NCBI GenBank assembly: GCA_017546975.1
Contig: JAFYRL010000009.1
Coordinates: 5,384-69,383 of the forward strand
DNA from: Alistipes sp.
GTDB lineage: Bacteria; Bacteroidota; Bacteroidia; Bacteroidales; Rikenellaceae
DNA length: 64,000 bases
Direction: 5' to 3'
Shown here: positions 9,866 to 18,948 of the stretch, one piece after another
Layout: each line of letters starts with the position of its first letter
How positions within the stretch are numbered: position 1 is the first letter of the stretch
The notes under the pieces: model-generated
What the model was told of the DNA's origin: nothing
What the model saw: only the letters and a program-made list of their open reading frames with translations
The model's database searches: none
Position numbers and translations under genes: made by a program

Positions 9866-10255
9866 ATGAAAAAGTTTTTCGTTTCACTTTTCCTAATTAT
9901 GTGCTGCGTATTCAGCGCATCTGCTCAGCAGACAAAGACTACTTACTGCGATGTTTATGTAAGAGGTGGTGCTAAGAACCAGAAGGTTACTATTATGTAT
10001 TGCGACAAGGTTTTCAACCTTAACAACGCAAACATGGCTTTGGCTCTCGATATCCTTGGTAACGATGGTTGGGTATTGGATGAGGTAGTAACTGTACAGC
10101 GTATGTATCATCCACTTGTTATGCCTTTCTGGTTTACTCGTCACAAGTTGCACTTGATTATGAAGAAGGAGTTTAACGAGGGTGAGAACCCATTCTCACT
10201 TCTTACTGATAACAAGCGTTCAGAGGTAAGAAAGTCGGCTACATTGCACAGATAA
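9866..10255 (+). CDS. exported hypothetical protein, DUF4177-like motif
   Basis: Signal peptide ending ASA-Q; LDILGNDGWVL resembles the LNxLGxEGWEL motif; has its own promoter and terminator. Confidence 0.7.
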   Translation: MKKFFVSLFLIMCCVFSASAQQTKTTYCDVYVRGGAKNQKVTIMYCDKVFNLNNANMALALDILGNDGWVLDEVVTVQRMYHPLVMPFWFTRHKLHLIMKKEFNEGENPFSLLTDNKRSEVRKSATLHR

Positions 10256-10276
10256 TTAGTAAACTCTAAGAGTCTT

Positions 10277-10307
10277 AAGGCGTTTCCTTCGGGTGACGCC
10301 TTTTTTT
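10277..10307 (+). terminator. intrinsic terminator
   Basis: AAGGCGT...ACGCCTT stem followed by a T run. Confidence 0.8.
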
Positions 10308-10387
10308 GTTTGTATCTATCACTTTACCTTTGGTCTGTATTTTGCACATTCTCGGAGTATAGTTTAACCAATTAAATTTCTGAGAGG

Positions 10388-10969
10388 ATGAAAAATACAT
10401 TGAAGGGTACACTTACCGAAGAGAACCTCTTGAAGGCTTTTGCTGGCGAGAGTCAGGCGCGCAATCGTTACACCTACTTTGCATCACAAGCTAAAAAGGA
10501 GGGTTATGAGCAGATTGCCGCACTATTTGATACTACAGCCAACCAAGAGAAGGAGCATGCTAAACGCTTCTTCAAATACTTGGAGGGTGGCATGGCGACT
10601 ATACATAACGCCTCGTTTCCCGCAGGTGTCATCGACACAACAGAGAAGAACCTTATTGCCGCAGCTGCGGGAGAGCATGAGGAGTGGGAGATGTTATATG
10701 CATCGTTTGCCGAAACAGCCAACGCCGAGGGTTTCTCTAAGATAGCGCTTACATTTAAGTTTGTAGCTGAAGTGGAGCGCGAGCATGAACGCCGTTATTT
10801 GAAGATACTCAGTCGCTTGACAGATGGAGATTTCTTTCGTCGTGATGGCGAGATCGTATGGCAGTGCCGCAACTGCGGATATATCGTTAAGGCAAAGATA
10901 GCCCCAAAGATTTGTCCATCGTGTGAGCATCCGCAGGCATATTTTGAACCAATGGCTGATAACTATTAG
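10388..10969 (+). CDS. rbr: rubrerythrin
   Basis: AFAGESQARNRY, EKEHA, EREHE, C-terminal CRNC...CPSC rubredoxin domain. Confidence 0.96.
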   Translation: MKNTLKGTLTEENLLKAFAGESQARNRYTYFASQAKKEGYEQIAALFDTTANQEKEHAKRFFKYLEGGMATIHNASFPAGVIDTTEKNLIAAAAGEHEEWEMLYASFAETANAEGFSKIALTFKFVAEVEREHERRYLKILSRLTDGDFFRRDGEIVWQCRNCGYIVKAKIAPKICPSCEHPQAYFEPMADNY

Positions 10970-11006
10970 AAATTAAGGAGTGGTTTTGCCACTCCTTAAT
11001 TTCTAA
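10966..11006. terminator. bidirectional terminator between rbr and the DUF4252 gene
   Basis: Perfect 18-bp inverted repeat TTAGAAATTAAGGAGTGG/CCACTCCTTAATTTCTAA that includes both stop codons. Confidence 0.75.
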
Positions 11007-11458
11007 CCTATCTTGCCGATCACTCCAATCAGACTATTGACCAACTCCTGAGGTATCTTACCAGAAATATTTATCAGCGTTGTCTTGTTCTTCTCAACAA
11101 TGAGAATCAACGCCTCGGTAATCTTGTCGTTGGATATTTGCGTATAGATGGATGTCGTGTTTGTTCCCTCGTTTAAGGTTGCTAAGTTCTCAAAGTTTTG
11201 TTTCTTAGCAATCTTCTTTGTGCGCTTGGCGATACCCTTAATTGCCGACTTGTTGTCGCTGCTAAGTATAACGATGTTATCTACATGCTCTACGCCAGAA
11301 ATGCCGCGTCCCATCATCCTAAGCATCTGCTTCGAGATGTTTACAACCGATGCCTTATCTTTTGATGAGTAGTTTTCTGCCATCTTAGTAACCTCTGGAA
11401 GGGTTGCCATGGCACTGCATGGAAGCAGTAGCATAATAAGTAATAATAGTCTCTTCAT
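11003..11458 (-). CDS. DUF4252-like exported protein
   Basis: Signal peptide (MKRLLLL), VNISKQMLRMM, LINISGKI; ECF operon context. Confidence 0.75.
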   Translation of the reverse strand: MKRLLLLIMLLLPCSAMATLPEVTKMAENYSSKDKASVVNISKQMLRMMGRGISGVEHVDNIVILSSDNKSAIKGIAKRTKKIAKKQNFENLATLNEGTNTTSIYTQISNDKITEALILIVEKNKTTLINISGKIPQELVNSLIGVIGKIG

Positions 11459-11547
11459 AGAATCTCTGTTTGTTTGTACAAAGTTACAAATAATTTCTAA
11501 AAAGCGGAAGAAATTACTCAATTACAAGTAACTCCTTCCGTCTAATA

Positions 11548-12000
11548 CTATATGTTTATTAAGGATGTTGCATCGTTAAGCTCTATGTCGTGTCCCGTGA
11601 GTCGTACCAGAACACCCTCCGTGGCATTGATTGCTACGATGACCACATCTTCGATGCTCTCGCGCTTGCCACTCTCTCGTGATTTATAGTGCTGCTCGAC
11701 GCGATATATCTCGACATTAGTACCGTCACTATTTACCGACATCAGAAGTGTGTATCCACCGATGAACTTCTTTATATCGTCCCTAAGAATATTAAGAAGC
11801 GTTGGGTCCTCCACAGATATAGCCTGCATAGATTCGATGCATGAGTCTTTCTGCATCTGCTTTATCATCTCCTTAGATAGCACTACGGTGGAACAGTTCT
11901 TAAACTCTGAGTACTTCTTTATCAGTGGTGCTATATGGTCCGTCTGTGCAGATGCTGCGATAGGCAAGCAAAGCATTATTAGTAATATAAGGCGTTTCAT
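11548..12000 (-). CDS. DUF4252-like exported protein
   Basis: Signal peptide, KKYS...VVLSKEMI, YTLLMSVNSDG, LVRLTG. Confidence 0.75.
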   Translation of the reverse strand: MKRLILLIMLCLPIAASAQTDHIAPLIKKYSEFKNCSTVVLSKEMIKQMQKDSCIESMQAISVEDPTLLNILRDDIKKFIGGYTLLMSVNSDGTNVEIYRVEQHYKSRESGKRESIEDVVIVAINATEGVLVRLTGHDIELNDATSLINI

Positions 12001-12018
12001 ATCATATTCAATTTAAGG

Positions 12019-12834
12019 TTAGAATGCAAAGCCGATGCCTGCCGATGTTCTATTGCCGCGAGGACCTGTGTCACTCTTAAACATCTCCATAGGGCTATAG
12101 TTGATAAAGCCGTATAGCTTCTCTGTACCAATGTGGACGGTGTAACCTAGCTGGATAGGGTTGAGTGTTACGGTCTCAGACTTATAGACGACCTTTGGAT
12201 TTTTCTGCTTAAGTCGTGTGCCGATGAGTACATCGAGGTTTACACCCGCAGCGATGAAAAACTTATTCTTATATGTATAGTTTAGCAGTGCTGGCATGTG
12301 TAGGTATCGAGCCATGAGTTTTGACTTTGTAACTGTACTGCTTAGCTCTATTGGACGCATCATAGCCTCCTGATAACGCATAGAGTAGTTGCCAGCAAAG
12401 ACATAGTTCTCCCAAGCGATACCAGCTCCCATATCAATACTTAGTGAGCCGCTTCTGTTTAGTTTGATGTTCTCGCTAAAGATATTTAGAGCTACATAGG
12501 TCGACTTTCTATTGCCGAACTGCATCATTACTGATTCCTCAGGAGTGTACATCGAGTAGTCTGCATTAGCCAACACATTGATACCTATTTCCCAAGCGTG
12601 GATAGCCTCTAAGCTATTACCTTTCTGTTTTCCTTTCTTGCAATCATTGCTATTGCTATCGCTGCTAAATTGCAACTCCTTTCCCGCAATTTTGAAGTAG
12701 ATATTGTCATCGCTGATGGTTATCTTGTTTTGCTTATTCTGACCAAAGGTGATAGAACTCTCATCTACCTCCTGAGCATGTAGTGTTGTTATTGTTGCTA
12801 TAAGCAGTGTTAGGGTCGTGAATAGTCGTTTCAT
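12019..12834 (-). CDS. outer-membrane beta-barrel protein
   Basis: Signal peptide, amphipathic strands, SKLMARYLHMP, C-terminal GIGFAF. Confidence 0.75.
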   Translation of the reverse strand: MKRLFTTLTLLIATITTLHAQEVDESSITFGQNKQNKITISDDNIYFKIAGKELQFSSDSNSNDCKKGKQKGNSLEAIHAWEIGINVLANADYSMYTPEESVMMQFGNRKSTYVALNIFSENIKLNRSGSLSIDMGAGIAWENYVFAGNYSMRYQEAMMRPIELSSTVTKSKLMARYLHMPALLNYTYKNKFFIAAGVNLDVLIGTRLKQKNPKVVYKSETVTLNPIQLGYTVHIGTEKLYGFINYSPMEMFKSDTGPRGNRTSAGIGFAF

Positions 12835-12836
12835 GA

Positions 12837-13286
12837 TTAGTTGGTTTTAAGTATGTTAATTTTGTCGATGCTTGCCATTGCAAGGGTGATATTTGCATTC
12901 ATGTTCCCGAGTATGCGCCTTGCCTCCTGCTCAGCTGCAGTCTGATCACTAACAAGGCTACCGTCAACATGGCATATAATCGCTGGCGTTGTGTTATAAA
13001 CTTCTTTATTTGTTGTGATGATTAGTGTAAGTATTAAAGATGCTGCAACGGTTACTGCTGCGGTGATGTGTGACCATGACACTCGGCGCTTAGACTCTTT
13101 TGCAGTTTTGGGTGCTTCGGTCTGGCGGAGTAGTCCCATAGCCTCGAACATCATCTTAACAGAAACAAGTTCCTCAGGGAGATTGTCGCTCGATTTAAGA
13201 TAGTGGGCTAACTCTCTCTCCTCATCACTCGTTGTAGTACCTTCAAAATATCTGTTTGCTAATATTTTAATTCTGTTCAACTCCAT
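12837..13286 (-). CDS. putative anti-sigma factor (single TM)
   Basis: LANRYFEGTTTSDEERELAHY N-terminus; one TM helix; overlaps the ECF sigma gene. Confidence 0.8.
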   Translation of the reverse strand: MELNRIKILANRYFEGTTTSDEERELAHYLKSSDNLPEELVSVKMMFEAMGLLRQTEAPKTAKESKRRVSWSHITAAVTVAASLILTLIITTNKEVYNTTPAIICHVDGSLVSDQTAAEQEARRILGNMNANITLAMASIDKINILKTN

Positions 13287-13782
13287 AGTTCATGCTCTTT
13301 ATTAGCTCTTCTCTTACGCTCTTTCGCGCTCTTGAGAGATTCATTCTTACATTTGTCTCATCAGTCTCCAGAGCCTCGGCAATCTCCTCTATCTCATAGC
13401 CCTCGACATCTCTTAGATGAATTGCTAATCGTTGCTTTTCGGGTAGCGAGGCTATTATTCGTCGTGTCAGACTCGCTATATCTGAAATATCTGTATTGCT
13501 GTAGCTGCTGTTATTAAAGTTCGCCTGGTCGTCTATGCTAAATGTGTGCCTCCTTGTTGTAGCTCGTTGCCTGTCGATAGCTAAGTTGTGCGCTATACGG
13601 CAGATGTAGGCTCTGGGGAATGCACTCTGCATAACTTTGTCTCTTGCTCTCCATACCCGCTCGAAGACATCCTGCACAATATCTTCAGCCTCGGCACTAT
13701 CGCATGTTATGCTTAGGGCAAGGCGATAGAGCGTGTCTCGTAGCTCTGATACAAACTCTATATATTGTGTTTCGCTCTTCAA
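13267..13782 (-). CDS. ECF RNA polymerase sigma factor
   Basis: AEDIVQDVFERVW, IAHNLAID, LPEKQR, EIEEIA, VRMNLSRARK; TTG start. Confidence 0.95.
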   Translation of the reverse strand: MKSETQYIEFVSELRDTLYRLALSITCDSAEAEDIVQDVFERVWRARDKVMQSAFPRAYICRIAHNLAIDRQRATTRRHTFSIDDQANFNNSSYSNTDISDIASLTRRIIASLPEKQRLAIHLRDVEGYEIEEIAEALETDETNVRMNLSRARKSVREELIKSMNYGVEQN

Positions 13783-13816
13783 AGTTTGGGGTCTCTTAAG
13801 TTAGTTCTCTGCATAT

Positions 13817-13844
13817 ATAACGATGTCGCGGAGAAATTGTAACA
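13817..13844 (-). promoter_or_regulatory. putative ECF-type autoregulatory promoter
   Basis: TGTTAC-N16-CGTT on the minus strand, about 35 bp upstream of the sigma start. Confidence 0.45.
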
Positions 13845-13863
13845 TCGCAATGTGTAAAATTAT

Positions 13864-13900
13864 AAAAAAAATGGCAACCTGTGAACAGATTGCCAAAAAA
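13864..13900 (-). terminator. terminator after the DcaP-like gene
   Basis: TGGCAA/TTGCCA stem with a T tract on the minus strand. Confidence 0.65.
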
Positions 13901-13914
13901 TCGTGAATAGAGAC

Positions 13915-15243
13915 TTAGAAGTTGTACTGCGCCATAATGCTGATGCGGTTAGCGCGCTTATGTACATCGTTCATGTTCTCGCGGGTGCCATGTAGGTACT
14001 CAAGAGCCATGGTGAAGTTCGGAGTGATATTACAGAAGGCGTTACCGAATATGTACTCACCGCGCTTGTACTGATTATCCGAAAGAGCACCGTTGTCATG
14101 CTCTAAGTGAACATTTGAGTAGCCACCCGATACCCAGCACATGCCAGGGATGATGTTAACCTGAGCAGCTGCCTGCCAGCCCCACATCTTAGGCATCTGA
14201 AGCTTGGTAGGATCCTTAGGGTTATAGGTAAAGTCGTAAGGAGTACCGGCCAAGTCCTGAATATAGCGTGTGATACCGCGGCCATAGACACCATTCATAT
14301 AGAGGTCTACCCATTTGCCAACTTCAATATGACCACTTAGCTGAGCGCCCCAACCAACTTGTGTGGTATTCTCACCTGTGCTGTTGTTGTGGAGGTACAT
14401 ATCGCGGATAACACCCGATAGACGAACATGGCTTGCCTTGCCCTCGCCCCATGCGTATTGTACATAAGCAATACCATCTGGTACACGCTGATAGATTGGA
14501 GAGAAGTGCTCGCCATAGGTAGCATCAATCGAAGGCATCTCGGCAGCAATACCTACATTCAAGTGGTTGCGTACAAAGCCTCGCTCATACCTAATCATCT
14601 CATTGAAGGCGAAGTTGTAGGCATTAGGACCCTGAAAGTCGATGGTCGTAGGCGCTGCACCAAGGTCACAGAAGGTTGTTACATCACGACCTATGGTGAG
14701 GCCGAGGAAGTTTACATAGGCAGACCTAAGGCGTGGAATATATGTAAACTCCTCACCACCTCTGAAATCCATATCGGTGTAGACATAGACGCGACCGAGA
14801 GTATTGCTATTTACAATAGCCTTCATAAAGAGTCGTGAGGTAGAGGCATCCATCATCACACGCTGTTGTGTCGCATAGCTCTTCTCCATAGGAATGTCGT
14901 ATGGAACAAAGTCTATATTACCCACAGCTCCCTTAAGATCATAACTTGTGCGGAGGTTCACCATACCACCAATACCCAATGAAAAGCGGTTATTGCGTGT
15001 TGAGAAGATGAACTGAGGGTTGTGTGCCTGCTGAAATCCGTGACGCTTTGTCTCAACGAAATCCTCGATAATAGCCACGCGTACCACTTCAGGGTCATAA
15101 TTCATAACCTCTTCACCTACAGTGATCATATAGATAGTAGGAGTGTACTCCTCCACCTCGTAGATCCTTGTCTGCGCCATTGCTGACGGCGCTCCAATAG
15201 CTACTGAAAGTAGCGATAGAGCGAAAAGTCTAATTCGTTTCAT
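13915..15243 (-). CDS. DcaP-family outer-membrane porin
   Basis: Signal peptide, DASTSRL, PRLRSAY, PTTIDFQGPN, C-terminal AQYNF. Confidence 0.82.
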   Translation of the reverse strand: MKRIRLFALSLLSVAIGAPSAMAQTRIYEVEEYTPTIYMITVGEEVMNYDPEVVRVAIIEDFVETKRHGFQQAHNPQFIFSTRNNRFSLGIGGMVNLRTSYDLKGAVGNIDFVPYDIPMEKSYATQQRVMMDASTSRLFMKAIVNSNTLGRVYVYTDMDFRGGEEFTYIPRLRSAYVNFLGLTIGRDVTTFCDLGAAPTTIDFQGPNAYNFAFNEMIRYERGFVRNHLNVGIAAEMPSIDATYGEHFSPIYQRVPDGIAYVQYAWGEGKASHVRLSGVIRDMYLHNNSTGENTTQVGWGAQLSGHIEVGKWVDLYMNGVYGRGITRYIQDLAGTPYDFTYNPKDPTKLQMPKMWGWQAAAQVNIIPGMCWVSGGYSNVHLEHDNGALSDNQYKRGEYIFGNAFCNITPNFTMALEYLHGTRENMNDVHKRANRISIMAQYNF

Positions 15244-15289
15244 AACTGATAGTTTTAGTTTAACAATAAAGTACTCGACAGCCATTTTC

Positions 15290-15304
15290 ACAACTTATGT
15301 GCCA
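15290..15304 (-). promoter_or_regulatory. sigma-54-like -24/-12 box for the porin
   Basis: TGGCACATAAGTTGT (GG-N10-GT). Confidence 0.5.
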
Positions 15305-15320
15305 AACGAACTAATTTTTA

Positions 15321-15336
15321 TCGCACGATAATTGCA
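15321..15336 (+). promoter_or_regulatory. degenerate sigma-54-like box for the TolC-HlyD operon
   Basis: TCGCACGATAATTGCA; has CG in place of the conserved GG. Confidence 0.3.
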
Positions 15337-15362
15337 TTGGTATGGGTAAAACTTTGAATAGT

Positions 15363-16808
15363 ATGAAGTGGGTCGTATCTCTGTGTTTAATGTTTCTGGT
15401 ATCTGGTGCTTATGCCCAACAGAGTATGAGTTTCGAGGAGGCTCTTGAAAGGGCTATGGATAATAATAGAGGAATAAGTAGTGCTAGGTATGGCGTGGAT
15501 GCTGCCCTTAGTGAGTATCATGCAGCAAGGGGACTCCGTGCGCCACAGGTGGGGCTTATAGGTAGCTATACACTTATGCAGCGCGATATGGATATTGACT
15601 TGGGTGGGGCAAAGGGTGTCGTTACGGAGTCTCTGGAGGACCTTATAAATAAAGGTGTGGAGGGCGGCTTAATATCTCCAACCATAGCTGCGCTTTTGGG
15701 TGATGGCTTGGTTCCTATTAAGGATGCTGATTGGAGCTATACGCTACAGCGTCGCAACTTTGGCTTTGTGGGTAGCACAGTGACGATGCCGATATATCTT
15801 GGTGGGCGTATCAATAGCGCCAATAGGGTAGCAGAGTTTGAGGTTGAGAGTGCAAATAATATGTTAAGTGGCGTACAGAATGTGTTGATTACTGAGTTGG
15901 TGGAGCGATACTATGGTGTTATCCTCGCTCGTGAAGTCGTGAATGTGCGAGGCTTTGTTGTGGAGGGCGTTAAACAGCACCTCTCGGATGCTTTAGCTAT
16001 GGAGAGCGAGGGGGTGCTTCCTCATAGTGCAATACTCTATTTGGAGTATAAGTTGTCGGAGGTCGAGCGCGATTATGTGGATGCTGTCAATAGGCTACAT
16101 ATCGCTAAGCAAGCGCTTCGAACAACACTCCAAACGGAGGGTGATATCGCACCACAGGATAGGATGTTTGTGCTCTCCAATATCTCGGATATCGACTATT
16201 TCAAGGAGTGTGCCTTGCAACTTAACCCAATTATCGCAGAGGCTAACTTGGCAGAGAGCCTTAGCCGTGAGGGAGTTGTTATGGCTAAGAGCGAGCTGTT
16301 GCCAGAGGTTGTTGCTATGGGTGGGGTATCTCTCTATAGCCACAATCTCAGCAAAATTATTCCTCGCTGGGCTGTGGGTGTCGGCGTTAATATACCTCTC
16401 TTTGGCGGTCTTAGTCGTCAACATAACTATAAGGCTGCGGAGTCTAAGGCTCGGAGTGTTGCCGATATGGTTGAGAAGAGTAAGGAGGATATATTGTTGC
16501 TAGTAGATAGAGAGTACTACTCATTGCAAAATTGTGCGCTTAGCATTAGGTCGTGCGAACGCTCGGTAAGTTTTGCTGAGAGTTACTACCAAACCGCTTT
16601 AGAGGGCTTCCGAGAGGGAGTGTCTTCTTCGAGTGATTTGATGGATGCTCGCATAGCTCTTGCAGGGGCAAGGGTGGAGTATCTAAATGCTGTTTACGAT
16701 TATATGTTGTACTTAGCGCGCTTGTTAGAGGTGTCGGGACTAAGTGAGGAGTTTACTTGCTATAAGTCATCTGCAGAGATTATTGATATAAATAGTGTAA
16801 TATTATGA
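15363..16808 (+). CDS. TolC family outer-membrane efflux protein
   Basis: Signal peptide, OEP repeats (MPIYLGGR, IPLFGG); start is 15363 or 15342. Confidence 0.92.
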   Translation: MKWVVSLCLMFLVSGAYAQQSMSFEEALERAMDNNRGISSARYGVDAALSEYHAARGLRAPQVGLIGSYTLMQRDMDIDLGGAKGVVTESLEDLINKGVEGGLISPTIAALLGDGLVPIKDADWSYTLQRRNFGFVGSTVTMPIYLGGRINSANRVAEFEVESANNMLSGVQNVLITELVERYYGVILAREVVNVRGFVVEGVKQHLSDALAMESEGVLPHSAILYLEYKLSEVERDYVDAVNRLHIAKQALRTTLQTEGDIAPQDRMFVLSNISDIDYFKECALQLNPIIAEANLAESLSREGVVMAKSELLPEVVAMGGVSLYSHNLSKIIPRWAVGVGVNIPLFGGLSRQHNYKAAESKARSVADMVEKSKEDILLLVDREYYSLQNCALSIRSCERSVSFAESYYQTALEGFREGVSSSSDLMDARIALAGARVEYLNAVYDYMLYLARLLEVSGLSEEFTCYKSSAEIIDINSVIL

Positions 16809-17788
16809 AAAAGAGTGCGAAGCAAGGTATATATGTTGTTATTGTATTGGCTGTTGTGATAGTCGGTATAGTGTGGCTCAATCACCACTTCTCGCGTGCT
16901 AATAGTGTAGTGCTTCAGGGTATTGTAGAGTGCCGTAGCTATCGCTCCTCCTCAAAACTTGCGGGGCGTATAGACTCGTTGTTTGTTGCTGAGGGCGATA
17001 TGGTGAGTCGTGGTGAGTTGCTATATACAATATCCACACCTGAGCTGGATGCTAAGTTGAAGCAGGTGGCGGCACTTGAGGCGGCTGCCGAGGCAATAAA
17101 TCGGGAAGTAGATATGGGCGCTCGTAAGCAGCAGATAGATGCTGTGCGAAGCATGTTGAATAAGGCTGAGGCGGGCTTAGCACTTGCCTTGGCGAGCTAT
17201 GAACGGGTAAAGAATCTCTATGATAAGGGTGTTGCTCCACGCCAACAGTATGATGAGGCGTTAGCAAATTATCGGGCTATGCAGGCTACAGTGGATGCGG
17301 CAAGTGCTGAGTATGCTCTTGTTCGTGAGGGCGCTACACGAGAACAGAGGGAGGCTGTGGAGGCTAAAGTGCGTGAGGCGCAGGGGGCTGTAGATGAGGT
17401 TAACTCTTATCTGCGTGATGCGAGGGTCTATGCTCCTATATCGGGCTGGGTCTCGAATATCGTTGCAGAGCCAGGAGAACTTGTCGGCTCAGGCTACCCC
17501 GTAGTCACTATTCTCGACTTTACAAATCGCTGGGTCACTTTCAATATTAAGGAGGATATGTTAGAAGGTATTGGTCTTGGTCATCACTTCCGAGGTTACA
17601 TCCCTGCAATGGATAGATGGGTGCAGTTTGAGGTTTACTACATCTCCTCGGAGGCAAATTTTGCCACATGGAGTGCTACACGCGCAAGGGGTGGTTTTGA
17701 TATACGCACATTTGAGGTGCGCGCCAAGGCACTTGATGAGGTGGATATACTCCCTGGTATGAGTGTTATTGTCTATGGCCGTATGTAG
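16805..17788 (+). CDS. HlyD family periplasmic adaptor
   Basis: SSKLAGRI..V.EGD.V..G lipoyl half, coiled coil, FATWSATRARGGFDIRTFEVR. Confidence 0.93.
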   Translation: MKKSAKQGIYVVIVLAVVIVGIVWLNHHFSRANSVVLQGIVECRSYRSSSKLAGRIDSLFVAEGDMVSRGELLYTISTPELDAKLKQVAALEAAAEAINREVDMGARKQQIDAVRSMLNKAEAGLALALASYERVKNLYDKGVAPRQQYDEALANYRAMQATVDAASAEYALVREGATREQREAVEAKVREAQGAVDEVNSYLRDARVYAPISGWVSNIVAEPGELVGSGYPVVTILDFTNRWVTFNIKEDMLEGIGLGHHFRGYIPAMDRWVQFEVYYISSEANFATWSATRARGGFDIRTFEVRAKALDEVDILPGMSVIVYGRM

Positions 17789-18947
17789 TATTATATCGGT
17801 GCTAAGGCGTGAGTTGGCTATCATTAAGAGTGATAGACTCTATCTCGCTGTGCTTGCTATTTTGCCCGTTGTGATGATACTCTTCTTTGGGGTGATGTTC
17901 TATCGTGGCACTATAGACAATCTGCCTATCGCGGTGGTTGATAGGGATAATAGTCCTATGTCGCGTAAGTTGGTAAGTATGGTCGATGCAACTGCAGGTG
18001 TGGAGGTTGCATACGGGGTAAATTCTATGGCTGAGGCCGAGGAACTGATGCTTAAGGGTGAGGTTATGTCGGTGCTTTATATAGATGATGGCTTTGCAAG
18101 GAATATATATAGCGGTGTTACGGCAAGCGTTGAGTGCTACTTGTTGGGTACGAATATCTCTGCGAGTGGTATCGTGGAGCGCGATGTGCAGCAGGCGGTG
18201 CAGAGTCTGTCTGCGGGTGTAGCGCTCGAAAAGATACAGAGTATGGGTATTGGATATAGTCGTGCTATGGTCGATATTATGCCTATACGGGTACAGACAA
18301 ATATTCTCTCTAACCCCTATCTAAACTATGGCTACTACCTTGCACCTATATTTATGATTATGGGTGTAGTTATCTTCACCATCCTCTCTACAATCTATGC
18401 CATAGGACGAGAACTTCGGTATGGAACAGCTAAGGAGTGGATGCTCGTGGCACGCAACTCACTATGGCGTGGCGTTGTTGGTAAGTTGCTGCTTGTAACC
18501 CTCGCTATGGTCATTCTGTCGCAGTTTATATACGCGATATTATTCGTTGTTATGGGTATGGAGTGCGCAGGTAGTTACCTTTATCTGTCTGCTGCTACCG
18601 TCCTATTTATTGTCGCCTACCAAGCTGTGGCAATAGCTATTATTGCCATGACGGCAAACCTTAGGTTGGCACTCTCGTTGGGTGGTGGCTATGGAGTTAT
18701 GGCATTTACATTCTCGGGTATCACCTTTCCTACAATAGCGATGTTTGGACTTGCTCGTGGAGTGTCTAAGCTCTTTCCGCTAAGCTACTTTAGCGAGATA
18801 TTTGTCGACCAGGCGATGCGTGGAGTCCCACTATATATAGATAGTCCAAAACTCTATATGTTGATGTCGTTCTTAGTATTGGTGGTTATATCGTGGCGAC
18901 GGTTGCGTACCGTTGTCTACGATGAGAAGTATTGGGAAAGGGAGTAG
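17775..18947 (+). CDS. ABC-2 type permease (YbhS/YhhJ-like)
   Basis: LPIAVVDRDNS.MSR, NPYLNY, FSGITFP; multiple TM helices. Confidence 0.9.
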   Translation: MAVCSIISVLRRELAIIKSDRLYLAVLAILPVVMILFFGVMFYRGTIDNLPIAVVDRDNSPMSRKLVSMVDATAGVEVAYGVNSMAEAEELMLKGEVMSVLYIDDGFARNIYSGVTASVECYLLGTNISASGIVERDVQQAVQSLSAGVALEKIQSMGIGYSRAMVDIMPIRVQTNILSNPYLNYGYYLAPIFMIMGVVIFTILSTIYAIGRELRYGTAKEWMLVARNSLWRGVVGKLLLVTLAMVILSQFIYAILFVVMGMECAGSYLYLSAATVLFIVAYQAVAIAIIAMTANLRLALSLGGGYGVMAFTFSGITFPTIAMFGLARGVSKLFPLSYFSEIFVDQAMRGVPLYIDSPKLYMLMSFLVLVVISWRRLRTVVYDEKYWERE

Positions 18948-18948
18948 T

